Source: Patescibacteria group bacterium
GTDB lineage: Bacteria > Patescibacteriota > Patescibacteriia > 2-01-FULL-39-33
Assembly (NCBI GenBank): GCA_041649575.1
Contig: JBAZMW010000001.1
Span: forward strand, 180,001 to 212,000
Length of the DNA stretch: 32,000 bases
Direction of reading: 5' to 3'
Below the pieces are notes generated by a model. The model saw only the letters and a list, made by a program, of their open reading frames with translations. It was not told the DNA's origin and made no database searches. The translations under genes and the position numbers were made by a program. This document shows positions 1-8,487 of the stretch, one piece after another; position 1 is the first letter of the stretch; each line of letters opens with the position of its first letter.

Positions 1-342
1 CATTCTCATATCGGCCGCATGTTCCGCCTCATCTTCCTGTCTGGCTTGCGCGACCATTTCATCGGAGACTCTGGCTTTTGCTTCAGCGATTTTCTCCGCG
101 TCGCCGGTCGTCAGTTCTTCTATCTCGCCCGCCAAAGTCCTGGGGTTGATATAAGCCAGTTGTGGCTTTGTCATGCCCTCAAGCTCTTTGATCAGGTCTT
201 CCAGAAGAACCATTGAGACCCTGTCGATGATGGTTTCCGGGGTGTCTCCCTCTCGCAGGTTGATGTGGGCGTCACCGGGAGCGCCAACGCCCCCTACGCC
301 CACATTAATTGAGCTGATTGTCCGCGCGCTGTCGTCTGGCAT
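1..342 (-). CDS. hypothetical protein, N-terminal 114 codons only (ORF runs off the window start); G+C-rich orphan
   Basis: The minus-strand frame is open from ATG (342-340) to position 1 with no stop: MPDDSARTISSINVGVGGVGAPGDAHINLREGDTPETIIDRVSMVLLEDLIKELEGMTKPQLAYINPRTLAGEIEELTTGDAEKIAEAKARVSDEMVAQARQEDEAEHAADMRM... AAGGAGGG (349-356, minus) lies 6 nt upstream of the ATG. It is missing from the ORF track because no stop lies inside the window. No motif recognised. Confidence 0.6.
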   Translation of the reverse strand, partial: MPDDSARTISSINVGVGGVGAPGDAHINLREGDTPETIIDRVSMVLLEDLIKELEGMTKPQLAYINPRTLAGEIEELTTGDAEKIAEAKARVSDEMVAQARQEDEAEHAADMRM

Positions 343-390
343 AAGTAACCCTCCTTTCCAAGGACTAGCTATTTTATATCAGTTAACCGG

Positions 391-425
391 CAAAAAAGCA
401 AACACCCTGATAAACGGGTGCTTGT
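391..425 (-). terminator. rho-independent terminator of the PAP2-like gene
   Basis: On the minus strand: ACAAGCACCC-GUUUAUCA-GGGUGUUUGC followed by UUUUUUG. About 10-bp stem with 2 imperfect positions. Starts about 15 nt after the stop at 440. Confidence 0.6.
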
Positions 426-439
426 TGGTTTGATGGAGA

Positions 440-874
440 TTAAAGTATTATAAAAATCAAATAAAGCAAGATAGTCAGGCCGATGCCGATGCCCGTGCCG
501 ATAATTACTTCCATTAAGCCGTGGCCAACCCGTTCTGGCAGATAGGTGATCGTCTTTTTGTTTTTGAAAATTTCTTTGGCCAGACGATTGGTGAGAGCGG
601 CATTATCGCCGATTTCGCGGCGGAAACCGATAGCGTCCCGCACTACTATCACCCACAAGACAAAGGCAATGGCAAAGGCGGCGGAGTCAAATCTCTGGGT
701 CAGGCCGACAACAGTAGCCAGAGAAGTGACAAAAGCCGCATGAGAAGAAGGCATGCCGCCGTAATCTCTGACCAGGTGTTGCCAAGTCAAATTATTTGGT
801 ATACCATCAATAGAGAGTTTGATAATTTGAGTGGCGATACCCACTATAACGGGAATCAAGATTAACTCGAACAT
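440..874 (-). CDS. divergent PAP2 family membrane phosphatase (DUF212 / YuiD-like)
   Basis: 144 aa, ATG at 874. Multi-pass hydrophobic protein with the GGMPSSHAAF motif and a later RD...GH pattern typical of the divergent PAP2/acid-phosphatase family. Confidence 0.8.
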   Translation of the reverse strand: MFELILIPVIVGIATQIIKLSIDGIPNNLTWQHLVRDYGGMPSSHAAFVTSLATVVGLTQRFDSAAFAIAFVLWVIVVRDAIGFRREIGDNAALTNRLAKEIFKNKKTITYLPERVGHGLMEVIIGTGIGIGLTILLYLIFIIL

Positions 875-888
875 AGTTTTGATTTTTT

Positions 889-1737
889 ATGCAATATTTT
901 TTAGCAATTTTTGCCGGAGTTCTGCAGGGGCTGACTGAATTTTTACCGATTTCCAGCTCCGGACACCTGGTAATCTTTCATCAGATTTTTAAGGTTTCTT
1001 TTATTGGCGGTCCGGGCGCGGGCGAGAGCTTGTCGGGAGATTTATTGTTTGATGTGGTGCTGCATCTGGGAACTCTGGTGGCTCTCTTGGTCTTTTTTTT
1101 CCGTGATGTGGAAAAAATTGTTCGTGGTTTTTTCTCCAGCCTGACCAACTGGAACTGGGCCAATAATTTTAATCAACGCCTGGCTTGGCTGGTAATTATC
1201 GGCACGATTCCGGCGGCAATCCTGGGGTTTTTTCTGGAAGATTTAATAACTAATTACTCGCGTTCCGCTTTTTTAGTGGCTATAATGTTGATTGTGGTGG
1301 CGGTACTATTTTGGATTTTTGAAAAATATTCTTTGAAACAGAAAGATTTGCAAACCGCCAGTAGATGGGATTCCTTGATTATTGGTTGCGCTCAAGCCCT
1401 GGCTCTGATTCCCGGAGTTTCACGCAGCGGCATTACCATTATAGCAGGTCTGGGCAGAAAGATGAAGCGAATCGAGGCCGCTAGGTTTTCTTTTTTGCTG
1501 TCGATGCCGATAATTTTTGCCGCCGGCATCAAAAAAATATTAGAAATCGACAGCTTGGCCAATGTTAATTGGCTAATTTTGATTATTGGTTTTTTGACGG
1601 CCACCGTCTCTGGCTATTTGGTGATAAAATACTTTCTTAAATACCTGAATCGTCATTCTCTGAATATTTTTGCCTGGTATCGATTGATAATTGGCTGTTT
1701 GATATTGATTTGGTTGATTTTTTTCTTTGGCGCATAG
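889..1737 (+). CDS. uppP: undecaprenyl-diphosphate phosphatase (UppP/BacA)
   Basis: 282 aa polytopic protein. N-terminal LTEFLPISSSGHL signature and the later PGVSRSG motif are both characteristic of BacA/UppP. Confidence 0.93.
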   Translation: MQYFLAIFAGVLQGLTEFLPISSSGHLVIFHQIFKVSFIGGPGAGESLSGDLLFDVVLHLGTLVALLVFFFRDVEKIVRGFFSSLTNWNWANNFNQRLAWLVIIGTIPAAILGFFLEDLITNYSRSAFLVAIMLIVVAVLFWIFEKYSLKQKDLQTASRWDSLIIGCAQALALIPGVSRSGITIIAGLGRKMKRIEAARFSFLLSMPIIFAAGIKKILEIDSLANVNWLILIIGFLTATVSGYLVIKYFLKYLNRHSLNIFAWYRLIIGCLILIWLIFFFGA

Positions 1738-2438
1738 AGAATAAGGCAAAAGCCGACAAAAACCATCAGCAAATAATTGTTTAAGCGGTTGAGCTCTTCC
1801 AGGTTTTCCAGTCTGACCAGTTTTTGCCAAAAATCCTCGGGGTAAAAATAATTGGCAGCCGGCTTTTGGTCACTGGAGTCGGCAGCAGAATCGGTTTCGG
1901 TGTCGCCCAGGACTCGGCTGCCAAAAAGTTGCACCACCACTATGGCCGAGTGATTTTCAAACTTTCCTTTCAGAGCGGCCAGCCCGATTTCCTGGTATTG
2001 CGGCTTGACAATATTGTCTCGATGACTGGGGCTGTCAATCCAGGCGCGAAAAAGGTCTTGACTGTTATTAAAATCAATAGCCAGGTTTTCGCCAACGTAA
2101 AAATAATTGTAATTAATTTCTTTGATCCATTGAGAGAACTTTTTGCCGCTGGGTGAGGTGTGGCTGAAATATTGATTAGTCAAAAGATCACTGGCCTTGT
2201 TAACCGCCGCCTGTGTCAGACGAGCATTGACTTTTAGGGGATTGAGCCCCAGGCTAAGCCGGTAATTATTGGTTAAATCAATCAACTCTTGCGGCTTAAT
2301 GGCCGTTTCCTCGTTAAGATTCGGGTTTACCCGCGGATACAAGAAAATTGTCGTGGTTAAAGCGATTTTACTGATAATCAAGACTACCGTTAAAAACAAA
2401 ATTAGTTTTTTGAAAGACTGGAGACTCAAATTTAGCAA
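1653..2438 (-). CDS. CAP/SCP (YkwD-like) domain secreted or membrane-anchored protein
   Basis: 261 aa. N-terminal hydrophobic segment, then a CAP-domain pattern (YRLSLGLNPLKVNARLTQAA..., YFSHTSPSG, GENLA, W..SPSHRDNI). C-terminal hydrophobic segment. The start codon is TTG (2438-2436), so it is uncertain. The last 85 nt overlap the uppP 3' end. Confidence 0.72.
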   Translation of the reverse strand: MLNLSLQSFKKLILFLTVVLIISKIALTTTIFLYPRVNPNLNEETAIKPQELIDLTNNYRLSLGLNPLKVNARLTQAAVNKASDLLTNQYFSHTSPSGKKFSQWIKEINYNYFYVGENLAIDFNNSQDLFRAWIDSPSHRDNIVKPQYQEIGLAALKGKFENHSAIVVVQLFGSRVLGDTETDSAADSSDQKPAANYFYPEDFWQKLVRLENLEELNRLNNYLLMVFVGFCLILYAPKKKINQINIKQPIINRYQAKIFRE

Positions 2439-2517
2439 TTAAAAATTAATTAAAACTCACATATATTATAGCATAAATATTGTCTTAGCGGTTAGGTCAG
2501 GCTATTAAAAAACAGTT

Positions 2518-3525
2518 ATGGTTATAAAAATAAAATTAATAATAATTTTGGTTTTAATCGCGGCGCTAATCGGCGGTTTTTATCTGGCGAGTTTGATTTT
2601 GTCGCCGGCCAGCCGTGAGAGTAAGGTGACTTATTTTTCCATTGAAAGCGGCGAGACGGTGGAACAAATTGCCCAGGATTTAAAAGAGCAAAAATTAATA
2701 AAAAGCGAGCTGGCTTTCAAAGCCTATGTACGCTTTGTGGGCGCGGGTAAAAAATTTGCGGCTGGCCAGCATCAGCTTGGGACCAATATGAGCACAAGAG
2801 AAATAGTCGGAGCTTTAACCAGCAGCGACAATATAAGTAATGAGAAAAAAATTATTATTTTAGAGGGCTGGAGAGCCGAAGATATTGCTAGCTATTTGGC
2901 CCGGGCCAACCTGGTTGATAAAAAGGAGTTTCTCAAAGCCTTACGGCTCGCCCTTTGGCGCGATAAGTATGATTTTTTGAAAGAGGTGCCCGCTAATAAT
3001 TTGGAAGGATTTCTGTTTCCTGATACTTATCGTGTTTTTGCCGATGCCACCAGCAGCGAGATAATAAAAAAAATGTTGGATAATTTTAATCAGAAACTGA
3101 CGGAAAAAATGAGGGCGGACATTAAGCGGCAAAATGGGGATGTTTTCAGTGTGATAATACTGGCTTCAATTATTGAGCGCGAGGGCTTGTCCGATAATGA
3201 CAAAAAGATGATTGCCGATGTATTTATAAAAAGACTAGAGAAAGGAATAGGGTTGCAATCGGACGCCACTATAAATTATATTACGGGCAAAGGAGATCTG
3301 CGGCCAAGTTTGGCGGATTTGCAAATCGATTCACCATATAATACTTATAAATATCGTGGTCTGCCACCGGGCCCAATTTCCAATCCAGGACTGGTCTCGA
3401 TAATGGCGACAATTTATCCGCAGCAAAATGATTATTATTACTTCTTGACCGACAAGAATGGCAAAGCCATCTTTGCCAAGACCTACGAGGAGCATCAGGC
3501 AAACATCAGAAAATATTTAGAATAA
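2518..3525 (+). CDS. mltG: endolytic murein transglycosylase MltG (YceG-like)
   Basis: 335 aa. N-terminal TM helix and YceG-family motifs (LASIIEREG, QSDATINY, YNTYKYRGLPPGPISNPG). Confidence 0.9.
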   Translation: MVIKIKLIIILVLIAALIGGFYLASLILSPASRESKVTYFSIESGETVEQIAQDLKEQKLIKSELAFKAYVRFVGAGKKFAAGQHQLGTNMSTREIVGALTSSDNISNEKKIIILEGWRAEDIASYLARANLVDKKEFLKALRLALWRDKYDFLKEVPANNLEGFLFPDTYRVFADATSSEIIKKMLDNFNQKLTEKMRADIKRQNGDVFSVIILASIIEREGLSDNDKKMIADVFIKRLEKGIGLQSDATINYITGKGDLRPSLADLQIDSPYNTYKYRGLPPGPISNPGLVSIMATIYPQQNDYYYFLTDKNGKAIFAKTYEEHQANIRKYLE

Positions 3526-3530
3526 TTTTT

Positions 3531-4082
3531 ATGGATCAAGGGCATTACACTCGTGGTGAAAAAGAATTTTTGTTAAAGATCGTCAGAACTACGCTGGAGA
3601 AATATTTACAGACGGATGAAAAGTTTGAGCCCCAGACAGTGAACCAGAGACTTTGGGAGAAGCGAGGCGTATTTGTGACTTTGCACAAAAAAGGCGAGTT
3701 GCGTGGTTGCATTGGTTATATCGAGCCGGTTGAGCCCATAATGATGGCGGTACGCGATAACGCTATTGCGGCGGCTAATGATCCGCGTTTTTTACCATTG
3801 GCGGAAGAAGAATTAAAAGAAATAGAGATTGAGATTTCTATTTTGACGCCCTTGGAAAAAACGGTTTTGAGCGAAATAAAAAAGGGTGATGGCGTAATGA
3901 TTAAACGAGGCAGAGCCGGCGCTACTTATTTGCCTCAGGTTTGGGACGATTTACCCGAGCCAGAAGTATTTTTTGGCAGTTTATGTCAGAAAGCGGGACT
4001 AGAAAGAGAATGTTACAAAGATCAAAAGACAGAATTTTATAAATATTCGGCCATTGTTTTTAAAGAGGGGGAGATTTTGTAG
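3531..4082 (+). CDS. AMMECR1 domain protein
   Basis: 183 aa. GVFVTLHKKGELRGCIGY core, then DPRF and a YLPQV segment, all typical of AMMECR1. Confidence 0.85.
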   Translation: MDQGHYTRGEKEFLLKIVRTTLEKYLQTDEKFEPQTVNQRLWEKRGVFVTLHKKGELRGCIGYIEPVEPIMMAVRDNAIAAANDPRFLPLAEEELKEIEIEISILTPLEKTVLSEIKKGDGVMIKRGRAGATYLPQVWDDLPEPEVFFGSLCQKAGLERECYKDQKTEFYKYSAIVFKEGEIL

Positions 4083-4114
4083 GAGAAACGGGTGGAGTTA
4101 AAATTTTATTGCTG

Positions 4115-4142
4115 TTGACAAAATTTTTGTAGCTGCTATACT
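4115..4142 (+). promoter_or_regulatory. sigma70-type promoter of the rplJL operon
   Basis: TTGACA (4115-4120), 16-nt spacer, TATACT (4137-4142). Confidence 0.6.
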
Positions 4143-4149
4143 GTTATTA

Positions 4150-4290
4150 ACAATCAAATTTTCCACAGACAATGGGCGCCCAAAAGGCTTAATTTACCGC
4201 CAAAGCGGTAGACCTATCGAGGAAATAAGGCTAGAGAGCCATTTTTCGAGTCTGTGGAAAACCACGGATTTTTATTTTATAATCATAATT
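4150..4290 (+). promoter_or_regulatory. ribosomal protein L10 leader-like structured 5' UTR
   Basis: About 140-nt untranslated leader directly upstream of rplJ. A long-range stem CCACAGAC (4163-4170) / GTCTGTGG (4250-4257) encloses a G+C-richer core. Position and architecture fit autoregulatory L10 leaders. No covariance model was run. Confidence 0.5.
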
Positions 4291-4293
4291 TTT

Positions 4294-4821
4294 ATGCCAA
4301 AAACCAAAATTAAAAAGCAGGAGATTTTAAAAAGCTTGGAAGAGCAAATCGCTCAAGCCAAGTCGGTTGTTTTCGTTAATTTTTCTGGTATACCGGTAAA
4401 AGAGATTGATGCTCTAAGAAGTAAGGGTAAGGAACAAAAAATTTCTTATACGGTCACCAAAAAAACATTGCTAAAGAGGGTGTTAAAAGAGGGTGGCTAT
4501 AAGATTGAGGCAGATAATGATTTTTCAGGGGAGCTGGCCGCTGTTTTAGGTTTGGAGGATGAGGTGGCGCCAGCCAAGCTGGTGAACGACTTTGCTAAAA
4601 GTAATGACAAGTTAAAAATTATTGGTGGTATTTTGGAACACAATCTGATCGGCTCTGATAAAATAGTGGCCTTAGCTAAGCTGCCTTCCAAAAAAGAATT
4701 ATTGGCCAGGGCAGTTGGCAGTTTAGCCGCTCCGTTATCGGGATTGGTTAATGTTCTAGAGGGTAATTTGCGCGGTTTGATTTATGCCTTGGGCGCCATC
4801 AAAGACAAAAAGTCAGCTTAA
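4294..4821 (+). CDS. rplJ: 50S ribosomal protein L10
   Basis: 175 aa. Typical L10 N-terminus (KEEI...L....KSVVFVNFSGI.V.E...LR) and position upstream of rplL. Confidence 0.93.
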   Translation: MPKTKIKKQEILKSLEEQIAQAKSVVFVNFSGIPVKEIDALRSKGKEQKISYTVTKKTLLKRVLKEGGYKIEADNDFSGELAAVLGLEDEVAPAKLVNDFAKSNDKLKIIGGILEHNLIGSDKIVALAKLPSKKELLARAVGSLAAPLSGLVNVLEGNLRGLIYALGAIKDKKSA

Positions 4822-4851
4822 TTAAAAAAATAAATTAATAATTTAAAATCT

Positions 4852-5280
4852 ATGTCAGAAGAAAAACCTGTCTCGCCGAGCCAAGGCGGAGAAGTGATTG
4901 TTCCGGAAAGGTTCAAAACACTGGTAGAGCAAATCGAAAAACTAAGCGTTTTGGATTTATCGGAATTAGTTAAGGTGTTGGAAGAAAAATTTGGCGTGTC
5001 CGCCGCCGCTCCGGTAGCCATGATGGCTGCTGGCGCCGCCGCCGCTCCGGCCGAAGCTGTCGAAGAAAAGAGCAGTTTTGATATCGAGTTAACCGCCGCC
5101 GGAGAAAACAAGATTGCCGTCATCAAGGCGGTGCGGGTGGTCACCGAACTGGGCCTGAAAGAAGCCAAAGATTTGGTGGACGGAGCTCCTAAGATGGTTA
5201 AGGAAGGCGTCAAAAAAGAGGATGCCGAAAAGATCAAGAAAGAATTGGAAGCGGCCGGCGCCACCGTCACCCTAAAATAA
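4852..5280 (+). CDS. rplL: 50S ribosomal protein L7/L12 with an N-terminal extension
   Basis: 142 aa. [19 protein letters not shown] dimerisation helix, Ala-rich hinge, C-terminal [28 protein letters not shown]...[12 protein letters not shown]. About 15 extra N-terminal residues include the repeat at 4866-4890. Confidence 0.95.
   Translation: MSEEKPVSPSQGGEVIVPERFKTLVEQIEKLSVLDLSELVKVLEEKFGVSAAAPVAMMAAGAAAAPAEAVEEKSSFDIELTAAGENKIAVIKAVRVVTELGLKEAKDLVDGAPKMVKEGVKKEDAEKIKKELEAAGATVTLK
4866..4890. repeat. 25-nt G+C-rich palindromic-element core, identical to 20151-20175 in dus
   Basis: ACCTGTCTCGCCGAGCCAAGGCGGA is present at both sites. It contains the imperfect hairpin TCTCGCC...GGCGGAGA. Here it is translated as PVSPSQGG. 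Confidence 0.85.
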
Positions 5281-5290
5281 AAGGGCTGAT

Positions 5291-5322
5291 AAAAACACCC
5301 CGAAAGATCTCGGGGTGTTTTT
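5291..5322. terminator. bidirectional rho-independent terminator (rplL / convergent 801-aa gene)
   Basis: AAAAACACCCCGA - AAGATC - TCGGGGTGTTTTT. Perfect 13-bp stem flanked by an A-run and a T-run. Confidence 0.85.
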
Positions 5323-5327
5323 GGTTT

Positions 5328-7733
5328 TTAGAAATTAATGTCGATTTGGTAAATTTTATTATCTGCCAGCAGGTAGATTTTTTTATCTTTTTCGGCCACC
5401 GACATGGCTTTTATTTCAGAAAAGTTTTTGGAAATGAATTGGGTCTTCAGGTTGCCTTTTTTGTCTACGACAACGATTCTTTTATTGGTTCGATTTAGCA
5501 GGTAAAGATAGTTAGAATCGGCTTCGGTTTGGATTTGGGCGATATCACTGAAGGCTGGGTCGAGCTTGATACTGAAAGATTCTTTTATTTTGCCGGCAGC
5601 CAAATAATTTATTTCCCCATTGTTTTTGGCGGTAAAAACACCGCCGTCGATAGCCAAGGCGGTGGCCTCCTTAACGCTGGTACCGTCTTTAATCCAGGGA
5701 CTACCGGAGTTGTAGACGTCATTACTGGGGTAGTGTTTGAAAATTTGATTTTTGGCGGTTTTGAGCGTATAGAGCTTGTCGCCATAAACAGCAAAATCTC
5801 TAATAGCAGTGTCGGCGGTGAGAACTTTCTCGGTGGTACCGCCGGAAAAATTGTGGCGGAAAAATTCCCGGTCGCCATTTAAAATTAAAACGCTATTATT
5901 TAAGGCGACGATCTTGGCCACTTGAGTTAAGGGGTTGTTGAGCTGGATAGGGATGGTTTGCGATTTATCCAAATCTATTTTATAGAGTTTTTGATTCTGG
6001 TTGTCGAAGGTAAACAGCAGACCGCCACTCTTTGCTAAACCGACCGTCTGGGAATCAGGGTTCTGATTTTTTAGATCGGCGACTACTTTAGGATTTTCCA
6101 AGTAAGAGACTTTTTGCAAAAGCTGATTCAGATCGGAGACTTTTTTGCCTAAATCGTCGCGGGTTTTTTTGTATTTGCGGGTCAAGGGAATTTTTCCCAA
6201 CAGCTCGCTGGCCTGGCTCAGGGAATTCTTGGCTCCCGCTTCGTCATTGAAAATATTTTGCGCTTCGGCGGAGTTGATGCTCTCCTCGATTTGTTTGGTC
6301 AGCTCATCAATATTTACTTGGGAGTTGGCCGTTGCCTCCCGTCCTTGCCAGACCAGACTTTGGCAAAACAAAAAAACCAAAACAAAGAGAGCGATTATTA
6401 GTATTTGCTTGGGTCGGCGAAGGTTGATAAATTTGGCGATTTGCCGGTTTAGCCAGTCGCTAATAGCCAAGAGCGGCCTGGGTCTTTTTTGAAAAGTTAT
6501 TATTTTTTTGTAATTATCCAGGTTGATCTGATCGGCGATTCTTTTTATTACCGCGGCCGGCCGGATAATCTTTGGCTCTCTTGTTTCGGCCAACTCGTTT
6601 GAGGCCAACGATTCATCGGCCATTCTTTTTTTAGCAACCTCGATTCTTGGCGGCTCGGCGGCGCTGGACAAGGCCTGCTCCGGAGCGGTTTCGTCAGCGA
6701 AAGAAAAATCTTCTGGAGTCGGCTTGACCTGGGGCCGGCGGGCAACAATTTTTTGTTTGAAACCAGAGAAAACGGCAGAAACTGCCAGGCCAATTTTTGC
6801 CAAACCAATTTTTAGATAACCAAATAATTTTTTTGTCGCTTTACCCAGAGCGGAAAAAATTATAATCAGCGCCTTCTTCCAATTAGGCAACAGGGAAGGG
6901 GTAAGATACTTTTCGGTTTTTTCCTGGGTGTCGAGTAGCCGGTTGATGGAGTGTTGGGGGTGGGCATTGGGTCCACTAAGAGCTCTGTCTGCTACCAGTC
7001 GTTGGCTTGTTTCTTTGGTGGCGGCTTCTTCCTCGGGGCCTGGCGATTGGATAATAACGGCATAAAAATTACCCTTGGCTCCTTGCATTTTCAGCACTTT
7101 TTCTATTTCACTGATAGTGGCCATGGAAGTGTTTTCAGCGGCAATCTCCATTAAGTTGCTTTGCGACAAATATTCTAGAATAGCGTTGTTACAAATCAGC
7201 AGGTCGTCTTTGGAAGTAATAGAGCCGCTGATAATATTGGAGAACATCTTTTCCGGATTGTGCTTGGATTTTTTTTCTCCCGCTTGGCTAAAAATGTCAA
7301 TGATTAAATGTTCGTAGCGTTTTTTGTAATGGAAGAGAAAGGCGTTGTTTTTGCCGATCTGGCTAAGATAGATTTTGTTTTTGTGGATCAGGCCGATTAA
7401 GGAATTAATGCCGCCCAGATCGATTTCGGCAATGGATTCCTGGATCATCCTGTAAAGCCGGCGGTTGGCTCGTTGCAGGCATTCCTCGAATCTTTTTTCC
7501 AGGCCGTATTCTATCTCGAAAGGCGGCAAATAATATTCTGTCTGTAAATCAGAAATAATTTCGGAAAATTTTTCCGTCACCTCGTCGGGTAGGCCGGAAA
7601 GTTCTATAATACCGAAAATCACGCCTAGTTTGTTTTTAAGCTCTTTATCGGTATCGGCGATGAAAGCGTCGCCCAGCACGTCCGGATCGGTCTCCCAGGC
7701 CAGCCGGCCAATTTTTATTGGAAAGTTAGTCAT
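5328..7733 (-). CDS. large membrane protein: N-terminal PPM/SpoIIE-like region, central TM segments, C-terminal beta-repeat (propeller-like) region
   Basis: 801 aa, ATG at 7733. Degenerate PP2C-like pattern (GVIFGIIE..., LIGLIHKNKIYLSQIGKNNAFLF). Hydrophobic stretches ALIIIFSALG... and ILIIALFVLVFLFCQSLVW. The C-terminal ~300 aa are short beta-strand repeats. The domain calls are inference only. Confidence 0.65.
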   Translation of the reverse strand: MTNFPIKIGRLAWETDPDVLGDAFIADTDKELKNKLGVIFGIIELSGLPDEVTEKFSEIISDLQTEYYLPPFEIEYGLEKRFEECLQRANRRLYRMIQESIAEIDLGGINSLIGLIHKNKIYLSQIGKNNAFLFHYKKRYEHLIIDIFSQAGEKKSKHNPEKMFSNIISGSITSKDDLLICNNAILEYLSQSNLMEIAAENTSMATISEIEKVLKMQGAKGNFYAVIIQSPGPEEEAATKETSQRLVADRALSGPNAHPQHSINRLLDTQEKTEKYLTPSLLPNWKKALIIIFSALGKATKKLFGYLKIGLAKIGLAVSAVFSGFKQKIVARRPQVKPTPEDFSFADETAPEQALSSAAEPPRIEVAKKRMADESLASNELAETREPKIIRPAAVIKRIADQINLDNYKKIITFQKRPRPLLAISDWLNRQIAKFINLRRPKQILIIALFVLVFLFCQSLVWQGREATANSQVNIDELTKQIEESINSAEAQNIFNDEAGAKNSLSQASELLGKIPLTRKYKKTRDDLGKKVSDLNQLLQKVSYLENPKVVADLKNQNPDSQTVGLAKSGGLLFTFDNQNQKLYKIDLDKSQTIPIQLNNPLTQVAKIVALNNSVLILNGDREFFRHNFSGGTTEKVLTADTAIRDFAVYGDKLYTLKTAKNQIFKHYPSNDVYNSGSPWIKDGTSVKEATALAIDGGVFTAKNNGEINYLAAGKIKESFSIKLDPAFSDIAQIQTEADSNYLYLLNRTNKRIVVVDKKGNLKTQFISKNFSEIKAMSVAEKDKKIYLLADNKIYQIDINF

Positions 7734-7844
7734 TTAAATAAATAATAAAGAAACAGAGAAGCTTAAATGATTTTACATTAAATCTACAATATTATACAAT
7801 ATTTAACAGAGTTAAGTCCAATATTACTTTACAGGACACAAGGC

Positions 7845-8468
7845 ATGCTTGAACAACTTTTTGGTTCAAAAACCAGAGTTTGTTTACTTCGGCTTTTTTT
7901 AAACAACCCGGAGAAATTTTTCTTTGTGCGAGAATTGTCCAGAAATTTAGAATTACAGCTCAACTCAATCCGCAGGGAACTGGAAAATCTGGAAAATATC
8001 GGCATCATTACCTGCCACACAAAAAGGGATTTGGAGAAGGAAGTGGAAAAAGAATTAAAGGACAACAAAAAGTATTACAAACTCAATAATAATTTTGTTT
8101 TTGTCGAGGAACTTCGTGTGCTGCTTATTAAGGCTCAGCTGATATTGGAAAAATCGCTGGTGGAAAAGGTGGAAAAACTGGGCAGCGTTCATTTCTTTTT
8201 GTTGTCGGGAATTTTTGTAGGTCGCAGTGACGCGCCGGCTGATTTATTGGTAGTCGGCAAAGTCAATCGCAGAAAGTTTCATAATTTGATCAAGGGATTT
8301 GAGAAAGAATTGGGCCAGTCGATAAATTATACCGTAATGACTAGAGCCGATTTTCAATATCGTCGCGATGTGACTGATAAGTTTTTATACGATTTGTTAG
8401 AAGGAAAAAACATGGTGATTATGGACAGGTTGCCGCCACAATCAACCAGAGTTTATAAAAAGCATTGA
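7845..8468 (+). CDS. winged-helix (ArsR-like) transcriptional regulator with an uncharacterised C-terminal domain
   Basis: 207 aa. The N-terminus LFGSKTRVCLLRLFLNNPEKFFFVRELSRNLELQLNSIRRELENLENIGII fits a wHTH fold. Confidence 0.7.
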   Translation: MLEQLFGSKTRVCLLRLFLNNPEKFFFVRELSRNLELQLNSIRRELENLENIGIITCHTKRDLEKEVEKELKDNKKYYKLNNNFVFVEELRVLLIKAQLILEKSLVEKVEKLGSVHFFLLSGIFVGRSDAPADLLVVGKVNRRKFHNLIKGFEKELGQSINYTVMTRADFQYRRDVTDKFLYDLLEGKNMVIMDRLPPQSTRVYKKH

Positions 8469-8487
8469 TTTTAGAAACTAAAAGTTT

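Noticed and set aside
19-433. Track ORFs 19-216 (+) and 173-433 (+)
   Set aside because: Both are shadows of the SD-preceded minus-strand ORF that occupies 1-342. The second also runs through the PAP2-gene terminator.
4999-5050. Direct repeat GCCGCCGCTCCGG (two copies) inside rplL
   Set aside because: It encodes the Ala/Pro-rich flexible hinge of L7/L12. Low-complexity coding sequence is a sufficient explanation.
5529-7317. Several 65-117-aa ORFs on both strands inside the 801-aa gene (e.g. 5529-5882, 6145-6492, 6548-6808)
   Set aside because: They are fully nested in a longer, coherent ORF, with no start signals and low-complexity translations.
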